64,000 bases of DNA, from positions 19,003 to 83,002 of the forward strand of contig MFYT01000023.1 in NCBI GenBank assembly GCA_001789205.1, written 5' to 3'. The translations under genes and the position numbers were made by a program. Source of the DNA: Candidatus Raymondbacteria bacterium RIFOXYA2_FULL_49_16 (GTDB lineage Bacteria > Fibrobacterota > OXYB2-FULL-49-7 > XYB2-FULL-49-35). The notes under the pieces were generated by a model. The model was not told the origin of the DNA. It searched no databases and saw only the letters and a program-made list of their open reading frames with translations. Of this stretch, positions 27,359-38,200 are shown one piece after another (position 1 is the first letter of the stretch; the number at the start of each line of letters is the position of its first letter).

Positions 27359-28764
27359 TGATGGTAATTAATATATCTTAGAACAGAGCCAGCGTCAAAG
27401 AAATCCTTGAACCTGCCCGCCCCAACACCCGCGCACAGCGCTGCGCCCAATGCCGCCTCTTCACAATACAGGGGCACGCGCATGCGCATGCCAAAGGTTT
27501 TTTCGAGAATTTTCCCAAGAAGCGGATTTTTCCGTACACCATTGCCAGAACCAACCAGCATGGTCATTTTTTTTACCACCGCACCGGGCATCATCCGGTA
27601 ATACTCGTGCAGCTCATGCGCCATGCCAGCAAGCACTCCTCGGATAAGGGCGCCGGGCTGCAGGTTATCGAGTGTTATGGTATTGATGGCCCCGCATAGA
27701 GAGGGGTTGTCGCGTGTTCCGCAAAAACGGGTATCAACAAGCAGGCTGGGGAAGCGATCAGGTGCAATGCGCGCTGCTTTTTCCATGCGGGCATAGATGT
27801 TGCGCGCGCTTGTTCCAGCCATTTCTCTGCAGACATGCTGGAAAAAATCAGCGAGCAGGGCATAGGCCTTTCCACCGCAGAGTGAAGCACCCACGGCAAT
27901 GTATCCTGATCCGGGAAAGGGCCGCAGGTCGAGTCCCTTCAGGCGCAGATAGGAGGGAAGAAAGGCCGATACCTGGCCGCCGGTGCCCATATTGACAAGC
28001 AGTGAGTTTTTTACACTCCGCAGCGAACCAAGCACGCTGGCCTGATTGTCGCCCAGGGCCGCAAACACGGGAACATTGCCAGTGGTCACTCCTATATGTG
28101 TTCCCGAAGACACCAGGTTGGGAATCAGGGAAGGTCGAAGACGCGCCTGCATGAGTGTACTAGTATCAAAGCGCAATTTTTCCAGGTTAAAAAGTCCCAG
28201 GCTGGCGCTATTCGTGGGGTCCATGACCGGGACCTTCCCCTGTGTCAGTTTCATGACCGCATAATCGCCGATGGTGCAGAGAAAAACAGCGGTCCGGGGA
28301 ACAAGCTTGTTCCGGATGTTATAAAAATGGGTGGCAAGACCAAAACCCGGTGCAGCGGCCAGGCCCGTGAGGTCGCAAAGCAACTGTGCGTAGGTTTTTT
28401 GCCCAGAGCAGGCGAGTCCAGCCCTGCTGTCCTGCCATGTGAAAAGCGGGCTTACCGCAGCCCCGTGTTTATCAACATAGAGCATGCCGTGCATCTGGCC
28501 GGTAATACCAATGCCTGCGCAGGGGGATGAAACCTTTAAAAGGGTGTTAACCAAAGAGCGCACAGAGGCTGCAATGGCGTCCGGCGCCTGGAGTTTTTCC
28601 CACGCATGCCTGCCGGGAAGGTGCGCCCTGTTGTCCCTGGTGATTGATTCAAGTATCCTGCCTGTGTTGGTGTCAATGGCCACTCCGCACAGGGAGGTGG
28701 TGCCTATATCGATGCCTATGAAACGCATGGGGTATTTCCTCTGGAAAGATGGTTTTTTCCCCAT
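27355..28764 (-). CDS. FGGY-family carbohydrate kinase (xylulo-/rhamnulokinase-like)
   Basis: N-terminal MRFIGIDIGTTSLCGVA and C-terminal GGG.... motifs of the FGGY family. The start may be the internal MRF Met (~28728). The long ORF overlaps the GH2 gene end by 49 nt. Confidence 0.7.
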   Translation of the reverse strand: MGKKPSFQRKYPMRFIGIDIGTTSLCGVAIDTNTGRILESITRDNRAHLPGRHAWEKLQAPDAIAASVRSLVNTLLKVSSPCAGIGITGQMHGMLYVDKHGAAVSPLFTWQDSRAGLACSGQKTYAQLLCDLTGLAAAPGFGLATHFYNIRNKLVPRTAVFLCTIGDYAVMKLTQGKVPVMDPTNSASLGLFNLEKLRFDTSTLMQARLRPSLIPNLVSSGTHIGVTTGNVPVFAALGDNQASVLGSLRSVKNSLLVNMGTGGQVSAFLPSYLRLKGLDLRPFPGSGYIAVGASLCGGKAYALLADFFQHVCREMAGTSARNIYARMEKAARIAPDRFPSLLVDTRFCGTRDNPSLCGAINTITLDNLQPGALIRGVLAGMAHELHEYYRMMPGAVVKKMTMLVGSGNGVRKNPLLGKILEKTFGMRMRVPLYCEEAALGAALCAGVGAGRFKDFFDAGSVLRYINYHQ

Positions 28765-30701
28765 TGTTTTTTCATGTCTCTGAAAAGGCCTTTCAGTCTG
28801 GTAAAAACCTGTTTTGGGCGGCCTTCGTAATCAATGACAGCGTCAGACATCTGCGGCCAGTTGTCGCGTACATTCCAGATCAAAAAGCCGCTGAATTCCG
28901 GGTCCTCACAATACCGGCGTATCCACGCGCACAGGGCTTCCGCCTGCAATGCCTGTGACCAAGCAACAGCCTGATCAATGGTTCTGGGCAATGGCTTTCC
29001 GCATGCTCGCAGGGAATCGAGTATCTTTTCCGGGCCCCTGAAACGTGCAACCCGCGTGGTGTTTGCCCCATGGTATTTCCATTCAAAAGTATCAAGGGGC
29101 CATTCCCGGCCTTGTGAAAAATATTTTTTAATGGTGGTCAGGGACGGCAGACTCAGATGGCCGAATTCCGACATGAATCTGCACCGTATGTTCCAGTTTG
29201 CCGGGTCCTTGTAATGCGAACCGTGATTATAATAGTGCAGGTCGCCTTCTGTCCAACAATCAGGATTTTTTGGGTTTGACGGCGTTGTGGGCGAAGAAGG
29301 CAGATAGGGCGTACCCGGGACCAGCTCATCGCAGGCAGCCTGGATTATTTTTCTGGTCAAAGTGTTCTTAAAAACCAGGTGCGGCCAGAACTCATCGTTC
29401 TCATTGTCTCCGGTCCACAGGGCGATACAGGCATGGTTGCGCAAGTCTTTTAAAATAGTACGGGCTTCAACGTCAATCTTTTGCGCAAATTTCGAGGTCT
29501 GAGGATACCAGCCGCATCCCATCATAAAGTCGTGCCATACTAATATGCCAAGCCGGTCGCACTCACTGTAAAAATGGTCGTTTTCGTAGATGCCGCCACC
29601 CCAGACACGCAGCATGGTGCACCCCACACCTTCAAGTTTTTCCAGCGTACGAGTGGTTTCGCTGTTTTTTATACTGCCAAAGATGGCGTCAAGGGGAGTC
29701 CAGTTCAATCCGGTGATGAAAATATCCTGTCCATTGCATCTGAACATAAATGACGTTGCACCGCTTTTCTGTTTTTCCTGAACCAGTTCCAGTGAACGCA
29801 GGCCAATTTTCAGGGTTTTTTTATCGAGCGGTTGTTTTCCTGAGCACAGCGTTACACTCACATCGTACAATTCCGGCTTGCCATAGCCAAGGGGCCACCA
29901 GAGCCGGGGATTGAGTATTTCAATGCGGCATGATATTTTTTTGACACCTTCTTTTGGTTTTATGGTTACGGTCTTTTGCACACAGCCTATTTTAATGTCC
30001 AGTTTCGCTTGTTTGCCATTGCCAACCCATTGATGCTCTATAATAACATCAATAATAGCTTTTTTTTTATTTACTTCCAATTGACGGAGCCAAGTATCGG
30101 TTATTCTTGCCTTGGGGCAGACAACAAGTTCCACAGGCCGCCAGATGCCGCACGTGACCATGCGCGGGGCAATGTCCCAGCCAAAGCTCATCGATGGTTT
30201 GCGGCAAAAGAGCCGCTCAGGGGTCCAGAGAAGATTTTTATGCTTTGTGTCCACACAAATCTCGTAGGCAGGCGCTGCAAGGCGCACAACCAGTTCGTTT
30301 CTTTTCTTCAATTGCCTGCCAGCGTCAAATTCATGCCTAATGAACATATTGTCAGTTTTGCCGATGATAGCTCCATTCAACCATATTGTGGCGAAACAAT
30401 CCAGGCCATGGAATATGAGAAAAGCGCGTGAGCCAACGCTGATTTCCTGAGCAGAAAATTCTGTCCGATACCACCAATCTTTCAATTCGGTCCAGCGTGC
30501 GTGGTCCAGGTTCATGTCCTTGTACAGGCCGGGCAGAACGCCGTGGCGTACAAGGTCCAGATGGATGTCGCCTGGCACCTGCGCGTCCATGGTAAAGGCT
30601 GATGCGGGTAGAGGTTGCGAAACGTCAGCGCCGCCATATTCGGTGTAGGTGAGATACCAGTTCTTTTCGATGAGAGAGGTGTATTTTAAAGATTGATTCA
30701 T
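28716..30701 (-). CDS. GH2 beta-mannosidase-like glycoside hydrolase
   Basis: N-terminal VPGDIHLDLVRHGVLPGLYKDMN...WWYRTEF and IWLNGAIIGKTDNMF are classic GH2 (beta-mannosidase) sugar-binding-domain motifs. 661 aa. Confidence 0.7.
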   Translation of the reverse strand: MNQSLKYTSLIEKNWYLTYTEYGGADVSQPLPASAFTMDAQVPGDIHLDLVRHGVLPGLYKDMNLDHARWTELKDWWYRTEFSAQEISVGSRAFLIFHGLDCFATIWLNGAIIGKTDNMFIRHEFDAGRQLKKRNELVVRLAAPAYEICVDTKHKNLLWTPERLFCRKPSMSFGWDIAPRMVTCGIWRPVELVVCPKARITDTWLRQLEVNKKKAIIDVIIEHQWVGNGKQAKLDIKIGCVQKTVTIKPKEGVKKISCRIEILNPRLWWPLGYGKPELYDVSVTLCSGKQPLDKKTLKIGLRSLELVQEKQKSGATSFMFRCNGQDIFITGLNWTPLDAIFGSIKNSETTRTLEKLEGVGCTMLRVWGGGIYENDHFYSECDRLGILVWHDFMMGCGWYPQTSKFAQKIDVEARTILKDLRNHACIALWTGDNENDEFWPHLVFKNTLTRKIIQAACDELVPGTPYLPSSPTTPSNPKNPDCWTEGDLHYYNHGSHYKDPANWNIRCRFMSEFGHLSLPSLTTIKKYFSQGREWPLDTFEWKYHGANTTRVARFRGPEKILDSLRACGKPLPRTIDQAVAWSQALQAEALCAWIRRYCEDPEFSGFLIWNVRDNWPQMSDAVIDYEGRPKQVFTRLKGLFRDMKKQWGKNHLSRGNTPCVS

Positions 30702-31030
30702 GGGAGGAATATAAATTCTCGGGCAGAATGATACAATACCACAAAAACATCAATTTGTGATTCAGACAGTGGGGAGAGGTTTTTAGCCTAGGCGGGTGGG
30801 GATGGTGGTTTTGGCGGGCGTCAAATTGGTCGTAGGATGGCACATCAGTTCAGCGAAGGATAAACTACAATGTCGAAGTCATTCTTATAAATTATAGCGG
30901 CAAGCGATTTACTGGCTGAGGCAATAAACGATCTGTGGCAGTATAATTATGAGGTGCACAACAAAGCTACTGTAAGGCTGGACGAGGGCGAGGCACAGAT
31001 TTTGTTTTTGAAGTTTTGTATACAGTTCAA

Positions 31031-31968
31031 TCAAGGCGGACGGGGGTTACCCATCAGGTCAGTCAGTTCATGACGCAGCCGCCGGCATTTCTCGCCGATT
31101 TTTTTGCGAGCCTCATCCCCAATTCCGATGGTCGTCAGTTCAATCAATTCCAGATGGGTAAACAGCCCATAGTAGTTTTTTCTGTAAACGATAGTGTAAT
31201 TTTTAACGGGCAATAGTTGTCGCCGCATGCTCAGGGGTGTTTTCGCGGTGAACTTCTCTGGTCCTTTACGCAAGAGATACAGTTGGAGCAGGTTATAGGC
31301 CAGCATTGTAAAAACGGTTTGATTAGCGACAAGCGAGAAAGCACGAGAGGTAAAGCGGGTCAAGTCGCTGAAACACTTTAGTTGGCGGTATCTTTCTTCA
31401 ATAGCTGTGCGTAAATGGTATTCCCGCCCCGCCGTAGCTGGGTTGTGGTTTTGTTGGGTACTGAGCAGCAACCAGGTTTCTTCGTGGCCGTCAGCGTAGT
31501 ACTCCTTGTTGGCAATGACTGTCAATGGTACTGTACAGGATGACCAGCTGGTAAATTCGCCGATAGCCGCTGCTTCTTTCTTCACAATGACAGTATCCGG
31601 CGCCGGAGCCGGTTGTTCCTGTTTAACCTCTTTTTTATACGTTTTCCAGAACAATTCCGTTTCTGAAACTAGCCTGATGTTTGGCTGGCCGATTAATGCA
31701 TCCAGTACGGCAATTGCCTGGAGTGGCGTCAGGGGGTTTGGCAATATTCCGGCGTGCGTCGTTATACGCACAAATGAATGCGCAATTTTTCCAGCACGGC
31801 CGAAAGCGTTTCCTTGTCTTCAAGCGGCACATGGGGAGTTCCCATGGAAAAGGAGAAGGAGGGCAGGGTGAACAGTTTTCTATTGCCTGCTTCAGAATGG
31901 CCTCGTGCAGGCAGATTGTCGTTCTGGTCATGGTTTTTCATCTCCAGTTTATATACCATCATATTCAT
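31031..31968 (-). mobile_element. decayed IS4-family (DDE_Tnp_1-type) transposase, frame-disrupted
   Basis: The 246-aa ORF carries the C-terminal DDE-region pattern ...HLRTAIEERYRQLKCFSDL...VFTMLAYNLLQLYLLR (Y..R..IE..F+.LK ... YNL). Upstream coding continues in two other frames (31635-31931 and 31762-31968) without a single intact ORF. Confidence 0.5.
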
Positions 31969-32285
31969 TATAATGCAATAATTAGTTCATCATGATGAAT
32001 AAAAAGTCATGACGCCATGGTGTTATATTATATAACATTTTACTGATTAGCCTGCATGGGAATAAAGCGTGTGCTGATGAACATGCAATTCTACCAGCAA
32101 CCCAATCCTACAAAAGCTACAAAAACATTGACTTTGACCGTAAGTTACAATCGTAAAAGACAGAAAAGCAATGTTTTTAAATTAAAATAAATCGTGTGCG
32201 CGGTGGTACCGCTTAATAGGCATCTTAATATATTGCGCATACGATTCCCAGTAATTATATTGTTGCTTGACAAGTTCCTGATTGA

Positions 32286-35200
32286 TTGTTATGGCATCAA
32301 AAAATTATGGGAAGGCAGGTTGGAGTGAAAACAAAACACTGCTGTTTGTTTCTTTTATTGATATTCACGACTGTTTCTTTTGCGGTCACGACGCGATATG
32401 TCTCTGTCGGCGCATGCACTGATTATACCAGCGGCAGCGCCTCTGTCGATTCCGGTTCTCTCGTGGTCACTGGTACAAGCACAGTCTGGCTCGACAGCAA
32501 CCGGGGCTGCGGAGACAGCATCATAATAAACAGCACCGGCTACACCGTCGATTCCGTGACCTCAAACACGCGGATCGTACTCACCTCTGCCGCCACCGCC
32601 ACATATAGCGGTTCCACATACAGCGTCAAACGCAAGAAATCCTCATTCTCCTCATGGGAAAGCCAGAACAAGAACCTTGTTACCGCAGACCAAAACGAGG
32701 TGGCGATATTTTACAATGACGGCTCTGAGTTCACTGCACAGGACATAAACGGATGGACAACGGATTCGCTGCATAGGATAACCATGACCGCGAACGCCTC
32801 CAACCAGCATAACGGAATAGAGGTATCGGGCGCAGTAATCAACTGCCAGGGCGGGGTCTGGAATCTATATATAGGCTGCACAACGCTTGAGAATCTGGAA
32901 GTTAAGAATTCCGGCGGCTACGGATTATATCTTGCTGGCGTGAACAATGTTGTGCGCAACTGCCTGTTTCATGGCGGCAGCACGCATGGCATTCACGTGT
33001 ATTACAACGGTTCAAAAGACAGTATTTATAACAACATCGTGCATGGCTTTGATTCCGCGGGTATCGACATTTCCACCAACCAGTGGAACCTTGTTGCCAA
33101 TAATACGGTGTATGGCTGCCATAAGGGCATACGCAGCAGCCATGGAAATTACTCATATAACAACATGTACGTTGTGAACAATCTCTGCGCTGGCAATGGC
33201 GCGGACTACTGGGAAGTGCCCGGATCAGTCGGCTTCAATTCCAACGACAGCAACAATATTTCCAGCGACAGTTCTCTTGCTTTGGTCGGCGCAGGGCCGC
33301 ATTGCAAAAACAATGTCACCCTTTCTCAGATAGCATTTGCGGACACGGCAACCGCAACAAGAGACCTGCATATAACATCAACAAGCATTGCCCGCGATTC
33401 AGGCGCTAACCTGAGCAGTTATTTTTCAATTGATATTGACGACAGCACGCGCAGCGGTTCCTGGGACATTGGCGCTGATGAGTATTTTGCGACAACACCT
33501 GTTTATAAAATACGCTTTGTCTCCATCGGCTCCCGAGCCGATTACGCTTCCGGCAGCGTCTCAGTCGATTCCGGCTCCCTCGTCGCGACCGGTACAAGCA
33601 CAGCCTGGCTCGACAGCAACCGTGGCTGCGGCGACAGCATCATAATAAACGGCGCTGGCCATACTATCGACTCAGTGACTTCCAACACTCGTATTGTTCT
33701 TGCGGAAAGAGCAAATGCCGCGTATTCAGGAAACAGTTATTCCATTAAGCGCAAATATGCCACATTACAGGCATGGGCGAGCACGCACAGGGACCTTGTT
33801 ACGGCCAACCAGAGCGAAATGGCGTTGCTGTATAACGACGGAGCGGAGTTTGTAGTCAGCTGGTTAAGCCACATAGACGATGGGTGGAATACGGATTCGC
33901 TGCATAGGCTGACCATATCCGCGGATGCCAGGAACCGGCACACGGGTATCGCCGGTACCGGTGCAGTGATAAACTGCCAGGGCAGCGTCTGGAATCTTTA
34001 TAAAGGCTGGACAACGCTTGAGAACCTAGAAGTCAAAAATTCCAGCACCTACGGGTTATATCTTGCTGGTATGAATAATGTTGTGCGCAACTGCCTGTTT
34101 CACGGCGGGGACAACCGGGGCATCCACGTAGCGTATACGGGAGTAAACGACAGTGTTTACAACAATATTATATACGATTTTGATTCCGCAGGCATAGACA
34201 TTGCCACAAACCAATGGAACCTTGTCGCAAACAATACTGTGTACGGTTGTTTTAAAGGCATACGAAGCAGCCACGAAAACTATGTTTATAACAACATGCA
34301 TGTGGTCAACAATATTGCCATGGGAAATGTTTATGATTTCTGGGAGCTTGCCGGTTCCGTGGGATTTGACGGAAACGACACCAATAATATCTGCGGCGAC
34401 GCCAGCCTGAACACAATCGGCATTGGGTCCAAGAACCATTATAACGCAAGCTTTACCAGCATTGCTTTCATTGATACGGCAATTGCAAGTTGCGATCTGC
34501 ATATTCACAGCTACAGCGTGGCAAAGAGCGCTGGTGCGGATTTAAGCGGATATTTTACCACAGACATAGATAATGTGACCCGTACCAGCCCCTGGGACAT
34601 TGGCGCTGATGAATATACCGGGCCTGGGGAAATAGTGCTTTCAGACCATCCGGCAGGCCAGGAACCGAATGCATTCACAGGCAAAGGGTCAGAGACAAAT
34701 GCCGAACTGTTTGCGTTCAAATTGTATTCCGTGGATAACCCGGCGATAACACGCCTTGTCTTTGACATTTCCAATATAAATGGCCTGACCAATGCGGACT
34801 GGGCGGGTGTTGAGCTTGTGGTTGATGCTGACAGCAATGGGAGCATTGGTACAGGGGAGAACACGACAGTCGGCGGTGCCGGGGTAGTGAATCAGGATTC
34901 AGGGATAATCACCTTTTCCACCAGTTTTTCCGTGAACGGGACAAAATATTATATCTTGCGGGCTGATTTTGCTTCGTTGTCGCACAATGATGGGGTTACG
35001 ATTTCATTTAATTCAGATAGTGTTATAACAACGGCTGATATTTCTGGCAGTGTTTCAGCTGCGCAACACCATGAATGGAATCCGTCAGGCATTTCGAAAC
35101 GGACCACGAGATACAACGACAAAGCGCAGGTCGATTACCTGATTATTACCAAGGATGAACCCCGAATTCTTAATGAATTTAAGCGCCTTGCGACCTATAA

Positions 35201-38200
35201 ACAGGCCAAGGGCATGAAAGTTAAGATAGTGACAGCGGACAGCATCAAGACCATATTCGAAGGTTCTGACCTCCAGGAAAAGATCCGAAAATATATTCAG
35301 TATGCAAAGAAAGAATATAAGGTCACCTGGGTGCTTCTTGGCGGTGATTATGCGATAATTCCTCCGCGTTACCTCTATTCCAGCATGAACGGCGGCAGCG
35401 CCATTTTGAGTGACATGTATTATGCGTGCCTTGAATCTGATTTTAACCTGGACAAGGACAATCATATCGGCGAAGTCGCGGATAATGCGGACATTTTTCC
35501 GGATGTTGTGCTTGGCAGGCTACCCTGTTCCGACTGGAACGAGGCTCGGAAAATGATTGATAAAAGCATAGAATATGAATATAAAGGCCTTGCTGGAGCA
35601 GGGGAGCGTAAAATACTGCTCTCCGGTATTGACATGCTGGGGAAAAGATACAGCCCGCAGGACTCGGCATATATCGATGATGGAACTTATTATAACCATA
35701 GGGTACTGAAAGATATAATCAAAGCCGGGTTTGACGGAGATTTTACCGAAATATTTGAAGATTCGATCACCCCGGCAGACTCGGTCATCGACGATTCCAT
35801 AAAAGTCCCATTGAATACATTCATCGATTCTTTGTTCGGGAACAGTACCGCCTCGCCTGCAAACCTGTGGATCCATTATGGCCATGGTGCGGAAGAGGCT
35901 GTTATCTACAATAACCACAGCCTTCTTACAACGCATCTTCTCAAAAAAGAAGTCAATGCAAAATATCAGAAAAACGCCGGACATGCCCTGATTATTGGTT
36001 GCGGTACCCTGACGCCGAATTCGGCTTCCCTTGCAAAGAAAATGTTGACCTATTATGAAGGCGCAAACACCTATTTTGCCGCATCGAACTGGGATTATCC
36101 TTCAACCTCTCTGAATATCCACAAAGCATACATGCAGGCTTTGTTTGAAGACACGGCCATGTCCGCGGGTCTTGCAGCAACTCTGGCAAAACTCAATGAG
36201 GAAGCTGCATCTGGTGCGGAGCAGTTTGATTTTTCAAAACGTTGGGTATTATTGGCGTACAATTTCCTTGGCGATCCTGAACTGCCGCTCTGGAAAGACA
36301 CGCTGTCTGAATCAACAAGGCTGAATGTTCCGGGCATTGGTTCTCTGGTCATTGTTGAGGGCGCACAGATTTGCACTCTTGATGTTCAAACAGGGTCTGT
36401 ATCGGCCGATACAAACACACGCGTCTGCATATTCCAGGACAACTCGAACATAACGCGCGCCAGGGTGAACGCAGACGGTAAGGCAATACTGAACTTTACG
36501 GCAAAGAAGAGCGCATACGAGCCGGTTTTTATTGGCGTAATGCACGATAAGTTTGCGCCAGTAATGTACCGCATAGACAGTGTTTCAAACGTATCGGGCC
36601 CCAGTTTGTTTTTAATAAAAGAATTGACCAGAGATTCAAGCAAAACAAGTTCAGACACTCTCCATTTTTCATTTGAAATCAGGAATGAGGGTGGGTCAGA
36701 TGCGTATGGAGTTGGCGCTATCATTTCATTGACAGACCCTGCGGATTCGGGTTTTGTAGCCATTCTTACGACCATAGACAGCACGGATTCCATTATCGTG
36801 TCCGACCAGGCTACGATGGCTTTTTCCATCAAACTCAACAGGGCCAAACAGACACACCGTATTATTACTTTTAATACAACGGTTGGCTGTAATGGGGGTC
36901 ATGCATACAGCGGAAGATTTGCAATAGATATTGGCGAGAAACGGCTTGTACTGCAGAAAGGTACAACCTCGAAAAGCGGAAATGAATATACTTTGCAATA
37001 CACAGTTAAAAATAAAGGTACGCATGCCATTACTGGCGATAGCTTACGCCTTATTGCAACAGAAGGTGACAGCGCAATTGTGGACATATCCCCGGCAATG
37101 CGGACAGTAACGACCATTCAACCGGATTCACAAAGGACCACAAATACATTTATCGTAACTGTATATCCGGATTGGCCATACCAGACATCACTTTTGAAAC
37201 TTGTAATGGCTTATGATGGTATTCGCGAGACGTTGACGGTAGACCTGGAAGCCCCGGATACAATACCGTCATTTGTGGCAGTGCCCTATGGGCCGGGCAA
37301 AATATACCTTGAATGGGCAAAACCAGCGGATAATGATATTGCCGGATATTATCTGTATCGCAAACACGCAGACAGCGCATCATTCAGGCAGATCAACGGC
37401 CTCATAGGAAATTCCTTTTATGTTGATGAAGATACCGCAGCAATCAAGAGCAACAACGGTTTTGTTTATTACGTAAAGGCGTTTGACCGTTCCATGCATG
37501 TTTCAGATAGTATTTACGACACGGTTAAAGTAGAACTTGCCATGAAATCAGGGTTCCCCATGGACCTTGAAAACGGTCATGGCGGTGCGCCAAAGATAGC
37601 GGACCTTGATGGCGACGGTGATCAGGAATTCATGTTTCCCATGGCTTCAAACGAAGTCAAGGCGTATCATCATGATGGGCAGGAATATTACCAGAAATAT
37701 GAGAACGACGGATATGCGTTCAGTTTCTCTTCAGGTCAATATGCTATGCATCATCAGCTGGGTATAGGCGATGTTAATGGAGACGGCACGCAGGACATGG
37801 TTATTGCCGCTGGTGAGAGAGTGTATGTGTATAGGGGTGGAAACTACCCGGACACTGTGCAGATATTCTCTCAGCATACGGATTGGGCAGGGGAGAACCA
37901 GGATTTTAATATTACCGCGCCGATTGTGTATGATTTTGACAATGACAACAAGAGCGAAATTGTAACCGCTTCATTCAATGGCAAGGAATATGTTTTATGG
38001 ATGGATGGCAGTACTTTGAAGATAGATAGTTGCAATACGGTGTATGGTTTCGACAGGCCATTCAGTCTTGGCGATGTTTATGGTGATTCCAAAAAAGAAA
38101 TAGTGGGTTATTCTTCCACATGGGGTGGGCCCTATGTTCATTTCTTCCATTACGCTGACACTGGATTATGCGACCACGATTCACTGAAATGGAAGAGGGA

